Shown: positions 1 through 13,031 of the stretch, piece by piece
Layout of the letters: each line of letters starts with the position of its first letter
Numbering within the stretch: position 1 is the stretch's first letter
NCBI GenBank assembly: GCA_002811645.1
Contig: PDIP01000082.1
Span: 73,305 to 137,304 of the forward strand
Source: Corallochytrium limacisporum Hawaii
Taxonomy: Eukaryota > Protista > Pluriformea
Reading direction: 5' to 3'
Length of the DNA: 64,000 bases
Notes under the pieces: model-generated
What the model saw: the letters and a program-made list of their open reading frames with translations, nothing else
What the model was told of the DNA's origin: nothing
The model's database searches: none
Made by a program: the position numbers and the translations under genes

Positions 1-3000
1 GAGAGCCAGCAAGCGAGCACAGCTTCTGGGCAGTCATGAAAGATCCGAAAAGAGGTGTAAACCTGACTAAGATAAATCCATTATGTATGTATGCGGGTGT
101 GGAGTTCCCGTTGTCGACCGATCTGAGAGACGAGCGACGCGGATCTGTTGCAACAGGGTAATCGTGTCTCCTTCCACCAACCCACACACACAAACATCCA
201 CAAAGTGTCGTAAACTCTGGTGATGATCATTTACTGGTTCTATCGAGGTTAGACGGCACGCTTCGGAAAAGATGGATATTCATATACGATACAAACACGT
301 ACAAGCGCAAGCTCAACAGTTGTGTTCGGCATATTAGTCATTTGAATTTTAGTAGCCATAAATATGTATGTACCTACGCGAAGTTTGGAAGATACATTTC
401 GAAAGGGAATATGGCAAAAAGTAAAGAATGGCGGGCCCAGGTGAATGAAAATTTCCAAAGGCCGTCTACAGCCCCCCCCCTGCCTTCCCTGCACGGCGGA
501 GAACGTAGAAAAGCGCAAGGAAAGAGTGACCACCCTCCACACAGTTTCAACAATTTCATATGATTTGATGAACGAACAAATGAATTCTTGGGTGGGTCCC
601 GATCTAGCCGCCTCCTTGGATCTGAGCGCGCATGTGTGTGTCTATGAATGAGACTGTGTGGGCCAGTTCTAGAACGACTTCAGTTCGATGCCACACCTCG
701 CCAATGTAGTTACACAAACCGGTCCGCGACCGAGGAGGGTGACGAAAACTGCAAAGTTTCGCCCAAGAAATGACAATTTTACGGCAAACAACCTCGAACG
801 GGTAATCACGAAGACCGGTTTGAGTCGCGACACATCGATACTGTTGGGTACGGTGAATTACACTTCATAATTGCAAGGTTATAATTATTATTCTCAGGAG
901 GCTTTCAAAAAAAATCACTTGCCAATTATAAACATTTGCAACCGTATCTTACCATTCTGATAGTAATGCTGTTGTATCAGGCAGTCGCACTTGCCAGGAA
1001 TGTACCTTAATATTTATTTCCGCTTTGTCCTCAAACGTGTAGAATGTGTGCCTATGTCTTACCGCACATACCAGTGGCGTAGCCCACGCGTTTCCGTTCT
1101 ACTGAGAGCAGCTGCATTAATGGATCGCTTTTTTGGACATTGGCTCTGGAGTCTGTTATGAAGATGTTCTGGAGTAAATTTTCTCTTGTAATCTTCTATT
1201 TTTCATAATGTATATTGGTGATGGATGTGTTTCTGAGCACTTTCTTGTTGGGATGGGATCGGAGACCGTTACCTATTTTGTAGTCATAGAAAAAGTATCT
1301 GTGTGGACACGGTGGTTAAGTTCATCATGCCAGAACTTGCCTCATACCATCGAGCAGGAGCGTCAGTCAACCAGCCATGAGGAGCATCCTGATGGGATGA
1401 AAGCAATTGGAACGGGGAAGTTCAGATGCGCTGCACAGTGAAATGTCTACACACCTTTGTGGGCGAGAGCCATGCGCTACTTGTAGCCTTCCTTTAGTGT
1501 ACGACTCATTAAGATGTGTGAAGAATGTTGCAGCTGTGCGTTCGAATGCGTGTAGCGGTTCACACGGCGGTCAGCAAGTGCCCTGTTGCCCCATATCTCT
1601 CCCCTGCCAGTTTGACTCTTATAATATCCACAATGAATGGGGAAAAAGTTTATCAGCATACGTCTATGAATGATTGCCACTTGTGCCTCACATTGCCACC
1701 GGGCGTTCGCTTACAACTTCCGCAAATTTCGCGCACCAACCGATGTTATCCGAGTCCACTGACTCTCCTCCTTTGCACATAGCCTGCCAGTAGAATTTGC
1801 CAGCAAATCCCCCAGCGTTTTGTTTTCTTTTTACGTAGTGTCTCCATGCTCTTTCCGTTTCATGTCACTCACCGCCCCATTCCCTGCTATCCGATTCTAA
1901 CTGTGAACGGCAAAGAGTATTCTTTTACTCGCGAGAGAAAGATCGCGGAGGCCGAGTAAGTCTGACCAGCCCCCCACCCTCTCGTTTATTTTCTTTTTCG
2001 GATTTCTTTCACACCTGGTCCTCTGGTGCAGGGCGGGGCGGGGAGAGCGGGTTGCGGCCCCTCCCCCGGACAAATAGACAGTTTATTTCACGGCAGACTT
2101 GCTCACAGGCACCCGCGCGCTTCATCGTGGCCGCCGCCGGACCCAGTCTTCTCTGGTTCTGTAAAATGGGGCCCCACATGCTAAATCACATGCATGCACC
2201 CAGAGTCTTCATTCACTAGCGCAATTTTTTCTTCCTTTTGAGAGAAAAAAAAATAGCCCGCTTTGCTATCCATTAGTTGTATGCAGGTTCTCCACTACTA
2301 CTTTCCTTAGTATAACCATTACACCAGCATGGAGGCGCCAATTCTTTCTTCACTATGCCAACCACAGGCCACCACCAAGGACGCATCAACACAACCAGCA
2401 AACACCACCCGACAACGATCCGTCCAAGGAAATATCAACCGCGTTTTATATCACCCGCCAACACAGTCGGCCTTCCCATGAGGTGTATACGTGTATGCGC
2501 ACTACAAGTACAGGAACCAGCGGTGATTTCCATGGACAGGTGCTATACTGTTCCAGCGATACTTGCTCGTGTCGTTTCTTAGTTTCTGTATGGTCTCGGT
2601 GCGCTTTCCTTGTCCATTTACTGTCTCTGTTATTTCAGGGGTAAAGCGCAGTAAAACAAAATTTTGTTGTTGGGCGGGCTAATACGGTGTCAGTGCACAA
2701 GCACAGCGCCCATCTAGAACAAAAAGAATTGCTGGTGACGACATGCGTGAACTGACACATACCACAACCACCCCCTACCCACCCCGCGACAAAACTCGCA
2801 AGAGCCAGACAGAGGTAGAGAGAGTTTATATCAACTTCCTCCCTCTCCCCAACCCCCGCTCCCCTCCCTCTATGTGCGAGAATAGGACGCGGCAAGTTTT
2901 GTTGGTGCATACTGTTTCATTTTCTTGTGTCATGCACAGGAGGAACGAAACGAAAAACGATAGAGAACGTCGAGTACCCAAAAAAAAAAAAGGAAAATAA

Positions 3001-4365
3001 GATCACGAAATCGTGAAAACAATGGTGGTAGTAGATGACATGGCTTGCCAGAAACTCCCGATTCAGGGTCCAACCACAAACAGTACCAAAAGCGAAGAGA
3101 ACCCCCCCCTCCCCCAAAAAGAAATTGGGGGTAGAATATCAAAGGAAAGTAGCAGAAACACAAGGAAAACCAATAGGAAAATGGTAACGCATCGGGTTTC
3201 AAACCCAGAATTGACAATTAATATTGGTGTCGTTGACAAAAAAAAATGGGGGAGCAAGGGCGGGGGCGGGTGTCCAGCTGTTTCCTTTGTGCCCGCCCCC
3301 TATTTCGAAGAAAGGAAATGATCAAACAATAACACAAAACTCCAACGCACCAAAACGGACAAGGTACACCCTGGCGATCTTCCTTTCTTTTTTTTGCAAA
3401 GGCCTCGCTTCCAAATATTCGGCATACGAATTCTCTATTCTCGTCTTTGGCGTTGGATTCTAAAGAGCAGTGGAGTAGTCATTGTATCACTATATAAAAA
3501 TATCTGGTCGCGCTTGGTCTCGCTCTATATCCCCCCTCTGTCTCAATCTCTCTCTGGTTTCCCTTGGGAGCTGTGATCAGCGATCCTTGTCTTTCTTTCA
3601 AATGCCACGGGGTTGGTTGGTAGTAGTGCACCATTGATACAATTCTGTCATGTTTATTTTCCTCCCTCGTTTGTGGGGTAGAGATCGACGCCTTTTGAAC
3701 CGGTGGAAAATGAAACGTCTTTGTTTGCACACTCACACTCACTCACTCACTCAATCGCTGACAGAGACACGCCGCCAGGCACCGCCGTCTGTCGATTTCA
3801 GCCGCACACACCGGACAGGGCGGGTACCCAAAATAAAACCCGGGTGAAGAAAGGGAAGGCAAAAGGACCAGATGGTTGCTGGCATGGCTCTTCTTTATTT
3901 ATGGGTTTGCGTTGAGTGTGGGTTTTGGCTTCGTGATGGCATTCTCTAGAATAGAACGGGAAAAAAATGGAGAGGGTAACCGCCCTGTTGTGTTTTGGTG
4001 TGCGGTGGCTGTAGTAGAGATGTTCCTTTTCATTGCGGGGAGTGGGCGTATTAGGGTTCGATCACTTCTCAATATTTTTTCATAGGAACGACCTTGATCC
4101 TTCTCGTCATCTAGGAACTTGCTCCTGTCTGCGTCCTTGTATTTGATTCCTCACACCCGGTGGTTTCTAAGTTCTTCCAAGCATGGTTTCTTGATCGAAG
4201 TGGTTGGGTGATCGAAGCGACCTGGAACTTAGGAGAGGATGGCAGAATATGGTAGTGGAAAGGGATCTGGTGAGAAGATGAGTGGATGCTCCAAGGGCTG
4301 GGGCAACGCAGCGCACAGATGCGACGAAATTTCCAACCTTGAAAAAGTCAGAATCGCGCGTTTTC

Positions 4366-4400
4366 GCTGCTGCTCCTGCTGCTGCTGCTGCTGCTGCTGC
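4366..4400. repeat. (CTG/CAG)n trinucleotide microsatellite
   Basis: About 11 near-perfect GCT units immediately before the first gap. Confidence 0.9.
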
Positions 4401-4413
4401 CCCCTCGCCCCCC

Positions 4414-4661
4414 NNNNNNNNNNNNNNNNNNNNNNNNNNNNNNNNNNNNNNNNNNNNNNNNNNNNNNNNNNNNNNNNNNNNNNNNNNNNNNNNNNNNNNN
4501 NNNNNNNNNNNNNNNNNNNNNNNNNNNNNNNNNNNNNNNNNNNNNNNNNNNNNNNNNNNNNNNNNNNNNNNNNNNNNNNNNNNNNNNNNNNNNNNNNNNN
4601 NNNNNNNNNNNNNNNNNNNNNNNNNNNNNNNNNNNNNNNNNNNNNNNNNNNNNNNNNNNNN
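4414..4661. other. Assembly gap (N run)
   Basis: Run of N flanked by C-rich sequence. Confidence 0.99.
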
Positions 4662-6057
4662 CCCGGCGGAAGGGGGGAGCGTGCGGTGAAAACTCGGCAG
4701 CGATGAGAGAGGAAAACCAAGTGCGTGGCGGTAAAAACCCAAAATTTCAAGCTTGGACCATTGGAACTCCGACAGTATTATTAATTGACCGGGCGCATGA
4801 TGAAAGCGGTTCTTGGCTAAAGGGCAGACAAAAATGGGAGGAGAGTTGTTTAGAAATTTGTATTGCCCATCAATTTGAGACTGCAGAGTGTTCAAAGCGC
4901 TCTCTGACTGGTCAGCGAAATGGCCGGTTCATCTCAGCCACCGGTGATTGCCACAAGCAAGTCACGAGGGTGCCTCATTCCTAACGATACCTGACAATAA
5001 CCACAAGAGCGCATTCATTGCATCTAGGATCGTCATCCATGCACACCTCAGCACAGCAGGGAGACTTCCAATCACCAGACACCAGCCACTCCATCCAAGC
5101 TGTGCTCACCGGTGATCGTCACACACAACGTAAGCGTACGATGAACACATTCAGGACGGAACAGATTCTCTAGATCCTCCACATGCACAAAACATCCTAC
5201 GTTGGCAGTGAGTCTCATACTGGAGGTCCGCTGGTGGTGATGGTATGCATCCTACATCGTTGAAAGCCTTCGAGGCCCCCAGCAGAAACTCGTCTCGATG
5301 AAATCCCCCAAAACTTCACAATTGACATTCCTCCAGAGGAAGATCTATAACAGACATATGTGGCAAAGGAAAGATGATGATTGATGTCGATGCTGGTGAT
5401 GATGATGACGACGACGTATTCGGGGTACGCATTTGAACCGTGCGGATGCCACTCGATGAGTGTCTGCGTGTGTGTACATTACTGTGGAATGTTGTCGCGC
5501 ATAGTTAGTGTGTGTGTGTGTGTGTCGGGGTCGGTGAGTGTGTCTGTGCTTGTGTCTGGTGTGTGCATTGATCTTGTTTGGAGGCTTTGCATCTCCAAAA
5601 AGCGCGACTCGAGACTGCAACCCCTTTCACGCAACCCATCAAGAATGCGCGACCCCTGCGATCCACAAAAGTAGTAAAAGTCATCCTCGACAAATCTCCT
5701 CCTAACACATGCACAAATGTTGACCATGGTCCGTGAGTGCTGCCTCACTGGTTTTGTCAAGAACATAAGGAGTGGCGAATCCAAGACGGACCACGGCACA
5801 GAGTACCGATTGCCTTTGACTTGGGAGACGTTGGCACCGATTTTCTCACCAGGATCGGGTGAATGAACTTCCAGACACACGCATTTGGGTCGTTCACAGC
5901 GTACATTTTTTTAAAAAACGTAAGTATAATAAAATATTTTCAACAAATTTGATTCGTTGATTTCATTGTGAGAATCGAGCGGAGAACACAAGGAAGAGCT
6001 ATCACACCCCCCCTTCCCCCTTTTCAACAGCACGACCCCCCCCCACTGCGGGGCGAG

Positions 6058-8985
6058 TTAGGCCGCACCGTTCTTCTTGGAGGCTTTCCACGCTTCAATC
6101 TTCGCCTTGAGCTCAGCGGCGGGCTCAACCATGTCAATGGTAAGCGGAGCACGGTTAAAAGGGTCAATGTCATTGCTGAGCAGGTGGCTTGTGATGGTGG
6201 GACGGTCCACGTAGGTTTTTGAAGTAGGCAAATAGACAGGGTCCTTCATCAGCGTAAACATCAGAGGATCCAGGAATTCGTCCGGAATTTCACCCAGGTC
6301 TTCCTCTTCTTGCTCATTGCCCGACTTTTGCTGCTCAACCAGCTCTACCATACGCTCCAGAGCATCAATGTCCTGGGGATCCTTTATAGCTCTGCGGCGC
6401 ATGATGCCACAGGCTCGCTCAAAGACTTCCTTCTTGTAGCTACGCCCATCATTGGCGATCGCGGCGATAAAGTCGGTGCGCGGGCTGGAGGTGCGAATTT
6501 GGCTGAGGTGCAGGTAAATATCCGTAAGACGATTCAGCAGTCGCTTAGGGTCAAAGCCGTACTGTGCCGGATTGTTAACCTTGAGCGTTTGCGCCTTGTC
6601 GCCGGCCAGAGTGTTGAGGTTGTAGTCCAACATGGCCGCGAGACGTTCAATGAGTTCTGGCCGCAGGAATGGGTCCTGGACTTCGGCGCTGAGATAATGG
6701 AAGACATCGACGTCCTCGTTCGCCAGAGTCATATAGCCTCGGCAGCTTCGCTGGTGCTGGCGAAGTGTGTCCTCCTTCTCCTTCTGCGCATTAGCATCCA
6801 GTTCACTCCAGGCAGCTTGATCAGCCATCAGACGCTCTGTGTCACGAATTTCTGTGAGTGTACTGAGGGACTCATCCAGTAAGTACGTTGTGTCGTTCAT
6901 TAGCAGGTTAACAAAGCGGACAAACTCCGTATCGTCCTTTGATGCCGCAATGATACCTGGCTTAAAAGCCGGCATCTCGTTCCACATGGTCTTGAGGGTG
7001 ATGCTCATCTTGTAGCGAATGTTGAACTTTTCGTAGAATTGGTTGGAGGCCCCCGTTGACTCGACTTCCGTGTAGAATTTGATCATTCCCTTGGGCAGAA
7101 ACTTGATGGCCAAATCGTTTGTCTGCAGAATTCCCATCCAGTTGTTAATGGCATTGCCGCGCTTGCCGTGCGCCTGCGTCTCCGGCATGCACAGCCACAA
7201 GAATTCCGCCAGTTTGGCCCGCAGATATGGGTTCTTGATGTGCGTACTGGAGCAAAGGAAATAGATCAGGAACGACATGATATCCTGATGGGGCTGGCCG
7301 TTGAGAATGTCCCAGAAGTGAGCTTTGGCAAGGAAGAGGAGGAACTCCGCTACGTCTTCAACCACAAATTCTGGAAGATTGCGCCACGCCTCAGATGGCT
7401 GATTCTCGAACGGATTTGGAGGATTTCCGTCGGTGGCAAATTGGAGCAACCATTTGCAAACCCAAGTGTAGTATGTCAGGTTCTGACTCAGAAAGTCCAC
7501 GTCATTTATCTGAGTCTGGACAGCCATGGCATCGCGCTTGACTTCTCTTATCTTGTTGCGGATCTGTGTCAGCATCACTTCACTGCGCCGCCGCATCAAC
7601 GGATTGTTAGTCACCTGTGGTAGTTGCGACTCACGCTCCACGCGTTGCAGCTGCGTCTCCATATGCTGAACCTGCTGGCCAAGATGCGTTTGGTCATCTA
7701 GAAGCTTGATAAGACCCAGGTGGTTGTCCACTAAGGTCATGAAGAAACATTCTGTCATGAAGTTCGGAGTCCCAACGGCCTCGTCATTTACTTTCCTTCC
7801 CTCCGCGTACTTTGCAGCATCTTCCGTGGTCGTGCCACCTATACGTGTCATTTCAGAAATATCAATACGACATTGATTGGAAAGCAAATAATCTGGTTGG
7901 ATCTTCTCAAACTTTGCCTGCTCAAAGATAGGCTGGCTCAGAATTAGGAGCACCATGCCCATGTTGACAATCACACCGTCGCTGCTCACCGTCTTCTTAT
8001 CTACCTGCAATCCCTCGCGCTTTCGGTTGGCATTCAGCGTGCTACCCAGGAGAGCCAAAATCTTTGGCCTGGCGGCCTTGTTCTTCAGCAATCGGAGCAC
8101 GAAATCGTGTAGAGCCTTCTGGTACGTCCGGAGACGGGTTGCTAATAGGGATTGGGCATCACGGATCTTTCCGGGGGCGACTTGCAGGGCCTCAATGTCT
8201 CCAAAAAACGCTTCGGCAACAGCATCATTGTCATCAGGAAAGACATTCGGCCGGAAGAAAGGTAGTATAAAGCATTTGTCCTCAAATTCTCGACCATTTT
8301 GGTAGGTGTCAGCCGGGGGTACCCAGTCTGCTAGACCTGTCGCAAGCTCCAGCATGCCTGGCATGCCAAGTACCTTGTTCAACAAACTTAATGATCCCAG
8401 AGCAGCAGAGTCATCGATACCCAACACTGCGTTTGCCCTGTCTCGAAGACCATACAGCATCTCTTTCCGTAGGGCTTGCGGATCGTCGTCACCCGCTACC
8501 ATACTCTGCTCCTCGAGTTCAATAAGTGCCTCATAGATTTTGGAGCTGCATGCGCCCACGAGGCAGGAATCTGCCAACTGCTGGCGTGGCGACACTGACT
8601 GGTCGTGGTCAGGGAAAATGTCTTCCGTAAGGGAAATTTTTAAGTAGCTGAGACACAGACGCTGAATCATGGCTAGGGCGGCCTTGTCATCTGCACTTGA
8701 ACCAGAGGATCCACTAACTCGGTTTTCCGCATTGTTCCAGCACCATGCCAGGTAGTACACCTTTCCCTCTTTCGCAAAACTGTCCGGATCATTCAACCGC
8801 ACCATCAGTGCCGTCTCAACATCATTGATGCCCAACTCCCTGCCCTCTGCAGCTAGATCAGCACTCTTATAGACTTTCGGTGCATGCGCACTTCCACTTG
8901 TAGCACTGTATTCGACTTCCCGAGCGTCCACATCATTGGTGGCAACCCGAAGGCCTTGAATAATCGTCTTGTGCGCTGATGACAT
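6058..8985 (-). CDS. UFD2: Ubiquitin conjugation factor E4 (U-box), UFD2/UBE4B
   Basis: 975 aa. Ufd2 core motifs ([46 protein letters not shown]) and C-terminal U-box [18 protein letters not shown]...DPFNRAPL. Confidence 0.96.
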   Translation of the reverse strand: MSSAHKTIIQGLRVATNDVDAREVEYSATSGSAHAPKVYKSADLAAEGRELGINDVETALMVRLNDPDSFAKEGKVYYLAWCWNNAENRVSGSSGSSADDKAALAMIQRLCLSYLKISLTEDIFPDHDQSVSPRQQLADSCLVGACSSKIYEALIELEEQSMVAGDDDPQALRKEMLYGLRDRANAVLGIDDSAALGSLSLLNKVLGMPGMLELATGLADWVPPADTYQNGREFEDKCFILPFFRPNVFPDDNDAVAEAFFGDIEALQVAPGKIRDAQSLLATRLRTYQKALHDFVLRLLKNKAARPKILALLGSTLNANRKREGLQVDKKTVSSDGVIVNMGMVLLILSQPIFEQAKFEKIQPDYLLSNQCRIDISEMTRIGGTTTEDAAKYAEGRKVNDEAVGTPNFMTECFFMTLVDNHLGLIKLLDDQTHLGQQVQHMETQLQRVERESQLPQVTNNPLMRRRSEVMLTQIRNKIREVKRDAMAVQTQINDVDFLSQNLTYYTWVCKWLLQFATDGNPPNPFENQPSEAWRNLPEFVVEDVAEFLLFLAKAHFWDILNGQPHQDIMSFLIYFLCSSTHIKNPYLRAKLAEFLWLCMPETQAHGKRGNAINNWMGILQTNDLAIKFLPKGMIKFYTEVESTGASNQFYEKFNIRYKMSITLKTMWNEMPAFKPGIIAASKDDTEFVRFVNLLMNDTTYLLDESLSTLTEIRDTERLMADQAAWSELDANAQKEKEDTLRQHQRSCRGYMTLANEDVDVFHYLSAEVQDPFLRPELIERLAAMLDYNLNTLAGDKAQTLKVNNPAQYGFDPKRLLNRLTDIYLHLSQIRTSSPRTDFIAAIANDGRSYKKEVFERACGIMRRRAIKDPQDIDALERMVELVEQQKSGNEQEEEDLGEIPDEFLDPLMFTLMKDPVYLPTSKTYVDRPTITSHLLSNDIDPFNRAPLTIDMVEPAAELKAKIEAWKASKKNGAA

Positions 8986-9710
8986 TGGTATTCTTCAATT
9001 TGACACCAAAAAATAGAAACAATCTATACCTAGTTTGTTGTTGCTTTCTATCTCGCTATGCTCCGCATTGTCTTTCATACACTACGCTAAAATCTATAAT
9101 ACAGTATCCAACAAGGACAGCATGCAAATCAAAATCGTACAGCTTGGAATTCAGTTGTTCTTCAGATCTAAATGGTGGCTGTCTCACACCACAAGTACCT
9201 GGTGGACGTGAGTCGCGCCCCGTGGACCCCGAGCTTCTCCGGGCGCCCCAATGAACGAATCGCCTCCTCCCCCCCCCCTACTTCCCGTGGACTGACTGTA
9301 CCCTCCCGTCTCTCTGGCCTCCGTGTACCCCCGGAGCCCTCAGAAAGGTTCGCTGCCCATTGCTGTGTGCCTGGAGCGAAGCGGGCACCAGCAGCAAAGT
9401 TTTTCGCTCGGTTTTTTTTTTTTTAAGTTTTCTTTCTCGAACAAAACAGTGGGGTCACGGCGTAGTATATTCAGTATAAATTCCTGGGTGAGTCTCGCAA
9501 GTGGACCGGGATATCGGGGTCCCCCCGCGGGGAGGGGGGGGGGGAGGGCGTTCCGACGCAGATGTGACACGCGCAGGAGGGGATCCGAACTCACAATGGT
9601 CGGATACAGAGCCAAGAAACAAACTCACATAAACATAAACATGTCCCGCAACTTTGTCAGATGTAATCATTGTGTTTTCCTAACAGCGAGTCTCGCATAA
9701 GGCGTACAAT

Positions 9711-10580
9711 TTACAGCTTCGATTTGTTCTCCTTGCGAGAGCTACGCTCAGCGGCGCTCTTCTGCTCGATCGCACCCTTGGCCATGTTGTAGAATGGGGC
9801 GGATCCGTGCCAGTGGCCTCCATCCACGACAATGGTGGTACCAGTAATGAAACGAGCGGCCGGCGTGGCGAGGAACAGTGCAGTGTTGCCAATATCATAA
9901 ACTTCACCGGTGCCAGGCAAGGCAGCCTGCATGAGGGCCGCCATGGGTCCGCTGCCCATGCCAAATACACGGCCACCGGGACCACCCTCTGTGTTGGCAA
10001 TTGGTCCCGGAGCAATGCCTACGACACGAATGTTGTCGCCACCCCACTCGATCGCCAGAGTCTGTGTCATGACGTCGATACCGGCCTTAGCACTGGCGGC
10101 GTGGAGCTGGAAGGGAGTGGCTTTGTATTGCAAGGTTGCGGTGATGTTGATAATCACCCCGTTACCGCTCGTCTTCAGGGCCTCATGAGCTGCCTTGCTC
10201 ATGTTGAACGAGCCCACGAGATCAATATCTAGGACCCTCTTGAATCCACCTTGGGACAGTTTGTCGGCAGTGGTTGTGAAGTTGCCGGCAGCGTTGTTCA
10301 CCAAAATGTCGAGACGACCTCCACGGCTCACTACTTCCTGCACATTCTTATCACAGGTGTCAGGGTTTGTAACGTCTCCCTGGATCGGCTCTGCACGGGC
10401 ACCGAGCTGGCGCAGCTTGACACAGGCTTCCTCCAGGACATTGGCACGACGACCCATTAGGAAGATAGTAGCGCCATGCTTAGCAAATTCGGTGGCAATA
10501 CCGAAACCAATACCGGTGCCTCCTCCTGTGATAAGAGCAACTTTACCCTTCAGCACATCTTGTTTGAAGACGTCCGTCAT
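9711..10580 (-). CDS. DECR2: Peroxisomal 2,4-dienoyl-CoA reductase (SDR), copy A, PTS1 -SKL
   Basis: ITGGGTGIG, NNAAGNF, QLHAASAKAG, IAPGPI, VVDGG; ends KSKL. Start moved to accATG at 10580 (the track start at 10658 is TTG). Confidence 0.92.
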   Translation of the reverse strand: MTDVFKQDVLKGKVALITGGGTGIGFGIATEFAKHGATIFLMGRRANVLEEACVKLRQLGARAEPIQGDVTNPDTCDKNVQEVVSRGGRLDILVNNAAGNFTTTADKLSQGGFKRVLDIDLVGSFNMSKAAHEALKTSGNGVIINITATLQYKATPFQLHAASAKAGIDVMTQTLAIEWGGDNIRVVGIAPGPIANTEGGPGGRVFGMGSGPMAALMQAALPGTGEVYDIGNTALFLATPAARFITGTTIVVDGGHWHGSAPFYNMAKGAIEQKSAAERSSRKENKSKL

Positions 10581-11648
10581 GGTGATTAAGTCTATGTTCT
10601 GGAAATCTAAGAAAATGTCTGCTTCTTGTCCACACCGGACACAGGGCTTGTCTATCAAAGGTATGATCTAGATTCCTTAGAACCCATCCCTTCCGTTTCA
10701 CAACTTGTAAGTCAAGTGTGGGTCTCCGGCTTAATACCTCGGCCTACCGAAGCATGTCGTCACTGCCCAGTATCCCTTACATGGAACGGCCCCTGACTCA
10801 GCACACCCAGCGCCACTGCGACCGCCAATGATCTCAACACAATGCGTGCCGTACTTCGCACATTCCATGGGCACACAAGCCCCTCTGCCGCTCCACCCCT
10901 CCCCTTTCCCTTTTTTCGCTATTGGTGCCAAAGGCAACAACCCCCGGCCTGGCAGTTTGTGTGCTTCGGTGCGCCCTGGTCGGTCAGCTGAGAGGAGGCC
11001 CGGGGGTTGGGACCCAGGGAAGCGAGGGAGTTGTGGACGCCGGGTACGATCGCCGAGCCACGGACCATCGGTTTTTTTTAGATCAGGCACCAGAGCTCCA
11101 CGACGCGGAGACCAAAACACAGGGAAACAAAGAAAATTCCAACCGGGGCATCACAATAAAAATTACGGCCACGCACGCTCCCTGTCCTGGTTGGGACTTT
11201 TGGCAATTCGGACCTGTCAGTTTCTGCCAGCTGCCAATGCTGTGCTATTCTTAGACGGAGTGCGCAGAGCAAAGGGTTGATTCTCTTTTTTTTGGCTTGG
11301 AGGGGGGCTCCTGCTGGGCAGATCAGGCGGAGGAGCCCCCCCCCCCGCGGGGGGCGCGGGGAGGCCGGTTGTTAATGGGGAGCGGTGTTCTCTACCGAGG
11401 CAGAAAGAGGAAGGGGGGGGTGGGGGGCGTGTCCCCGGTAGGCGCTTCTTTAAGGGAAGCGTGCGGAGGGGGGGGCATCTCCTGATCCGCAGGATCGCGG
11501 TCTTTCCGATCTTTAGTAGAGCATGGAGTTTTTACCATGGTGATGCTGCATGTACAATAACATTGGTGAACCGGGGAAGACTTGGCCTTGGTTGTCTAGT
11601 GTTTGACTATATTTCAGTAATACCGTATTTTTGCAGGCTCCATGTTCC

Positions 11649-12515
11649 TTACTTTTTGGCCCGGTTGGCCTTCTCCGCTGTCATCTTGCTGATGACCGCT
11701 TTCTTGGTCATGTTGTAGAAGGGAGCAGTGCCATGCCAGTGGCCGCCATCGACTACCACAGTGGTACCGCTAATGTTCTTGGCGGCTGGGGAAGCTAGGA
11801 AGAGTGCAGTGTTACCAATGTCTTCAACTTGTCCGTGGTAGGGCATAGCACTGGCCATGAACATGTCCATCATCTTGTCGCCTTGTACACCGAATACGCG
11901 ACCGCCAGGACCACCTTCGGTGCCTTCGATGGGTCCTGGAGCGATACCCACCACCCGAATCAGGTCGTGGCCCCATTCCACCGCCAGTGTGTTGGTCAGC
12001 ACATCGATGCCAGCTTTAGCGCCGGCAGCATGTAGCTGATAGGGCATGGCCTTGTACTGCAGAGTGGCGGTAGTGTTCAGGATCACACCACCCTTGGCCG
12101 CCTTTAGAGGCTCGTACGCAGCCTTACTCATGTTGAAGGTCCCGACGAAATCAATATCCAGGACTTTCTTCAGACCGTTAGTAGTGAGCATGTTGCCAGG
12201 TGCCATGAAGTTGCCAGCGGCATTATTGCACAGAACGTGTAGACTACCAGCCTTATCGACGACGGTGTTGACTGCCTTTGTGCACTTGTCGAAGTCAGTC
12301 ACATCACCCTGTACGTAGTCAGCCGCTCCACCATCAGCCTTAAGCTTCTCAACTGCCTCCTGCAAGACGTTCTCTCGACGGCCCATTATGAAGACGCGGG
12401 CCCCATGAGCACAGAAAGCCTTGGCGACGCCAAAGCCAATACCGGTACCTCCACCAGAGATTAGAACATTCTTTCCTTGGAAGAGGTTTTGGCGGAAAAC
12501 GCTAGCAGCAGTCAT
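11649..12515 (-). CDS. DECR2: 2,4-dienoyl-CoA reductase, copy B (tandem paralogue, ends -AKK)
   Basis: Same motifs as copy A, colinear and highly similar (e.g. TEGGPGGRVFG, VVDGGHWHG.APFYNM). First ATG is 12515 (the track start at 12548 is GTG). Confidence 0.9.
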   Translation of the reverse strand: MTAASVFRQNLFQGKNVLISGGGTGIGFGVAKAFCAHGARVFIMGRRENVLQEAVEKLKADGGAADYVQGDVTDFDKCTKAVNTVVDKAGSLHVLCNNAAGNFMAPGNMLTTNGLKKVLDIDFVGTFNMSKAAYEPLKAAKGGVILNTTATLQYKAMPYQLHAAGAKAGIDVLTNTLAVEWGHDLIRVVGIAPGPIEGTEGGPGGRVFGVQGDKMMDMFMASAMPYHGQVEDIGNTALFLASPAAKNISGTTVVVDGGHWHGTAPFYNMTKKAVISKMTAEKANRAKK

Positions 12516-13031
12516 CGCTGTCGACACACGCTGATAATAAGAGGCCACCTATGAGCACTTGACTACAGACGCGACAGGTACACGATTCTAGCATTTGTGA
12601 CCTTGAGCCATCAACTACCTGAGGAGACCCCAAAGTGTCCCTGCCAGTGTTCTCGTGCGGTGCGTACCGCGGTACGGCTGCTGATATGTTCGAGAGACCG
12701 AGGCGACCTCATTTTTCGATCAGCTGTCACCGACGGACGAAACCGACGCAGTCTGTGGCACACCGACCGAACGACCTCGCGGATATGGCGGAGAGGGAAC
12801 ACACACACACAGAGGGAGGGAGGGGTGAGAGAGAGGGCCGCAGCCACCGAGACACAGAGGGGGCCTAAAGCGAAGAGGCTTGCCGGCCTGCCCAACGCGC
12901 TTTCCCGGGAGGAGCGGAAGGAGGTTGAGGCGGCGGGATCCCCATCAAGCAAGTATGCATCAATTGAGAACTCACAAACGTTCTTGTATTAAGCACTCTC
13001 ATGTATCAATAGAATGGACTACTTCTTCTCT

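Noticed and set aside
1-70. Possible 3' end of a gene entering the window
   Set aside because: Too short to fix a frame or product
4167-4895. ORFs spanning the N gaps (also 48376-49404)
   Set aside because: Length is inflated by Ns and the flanks are low complexity
5183-5350. Short ORF with an in-frame TGA at 5261 (possible selenocysteine or read-through)
   Set aside because: No recognisable homology and no SECIS seen
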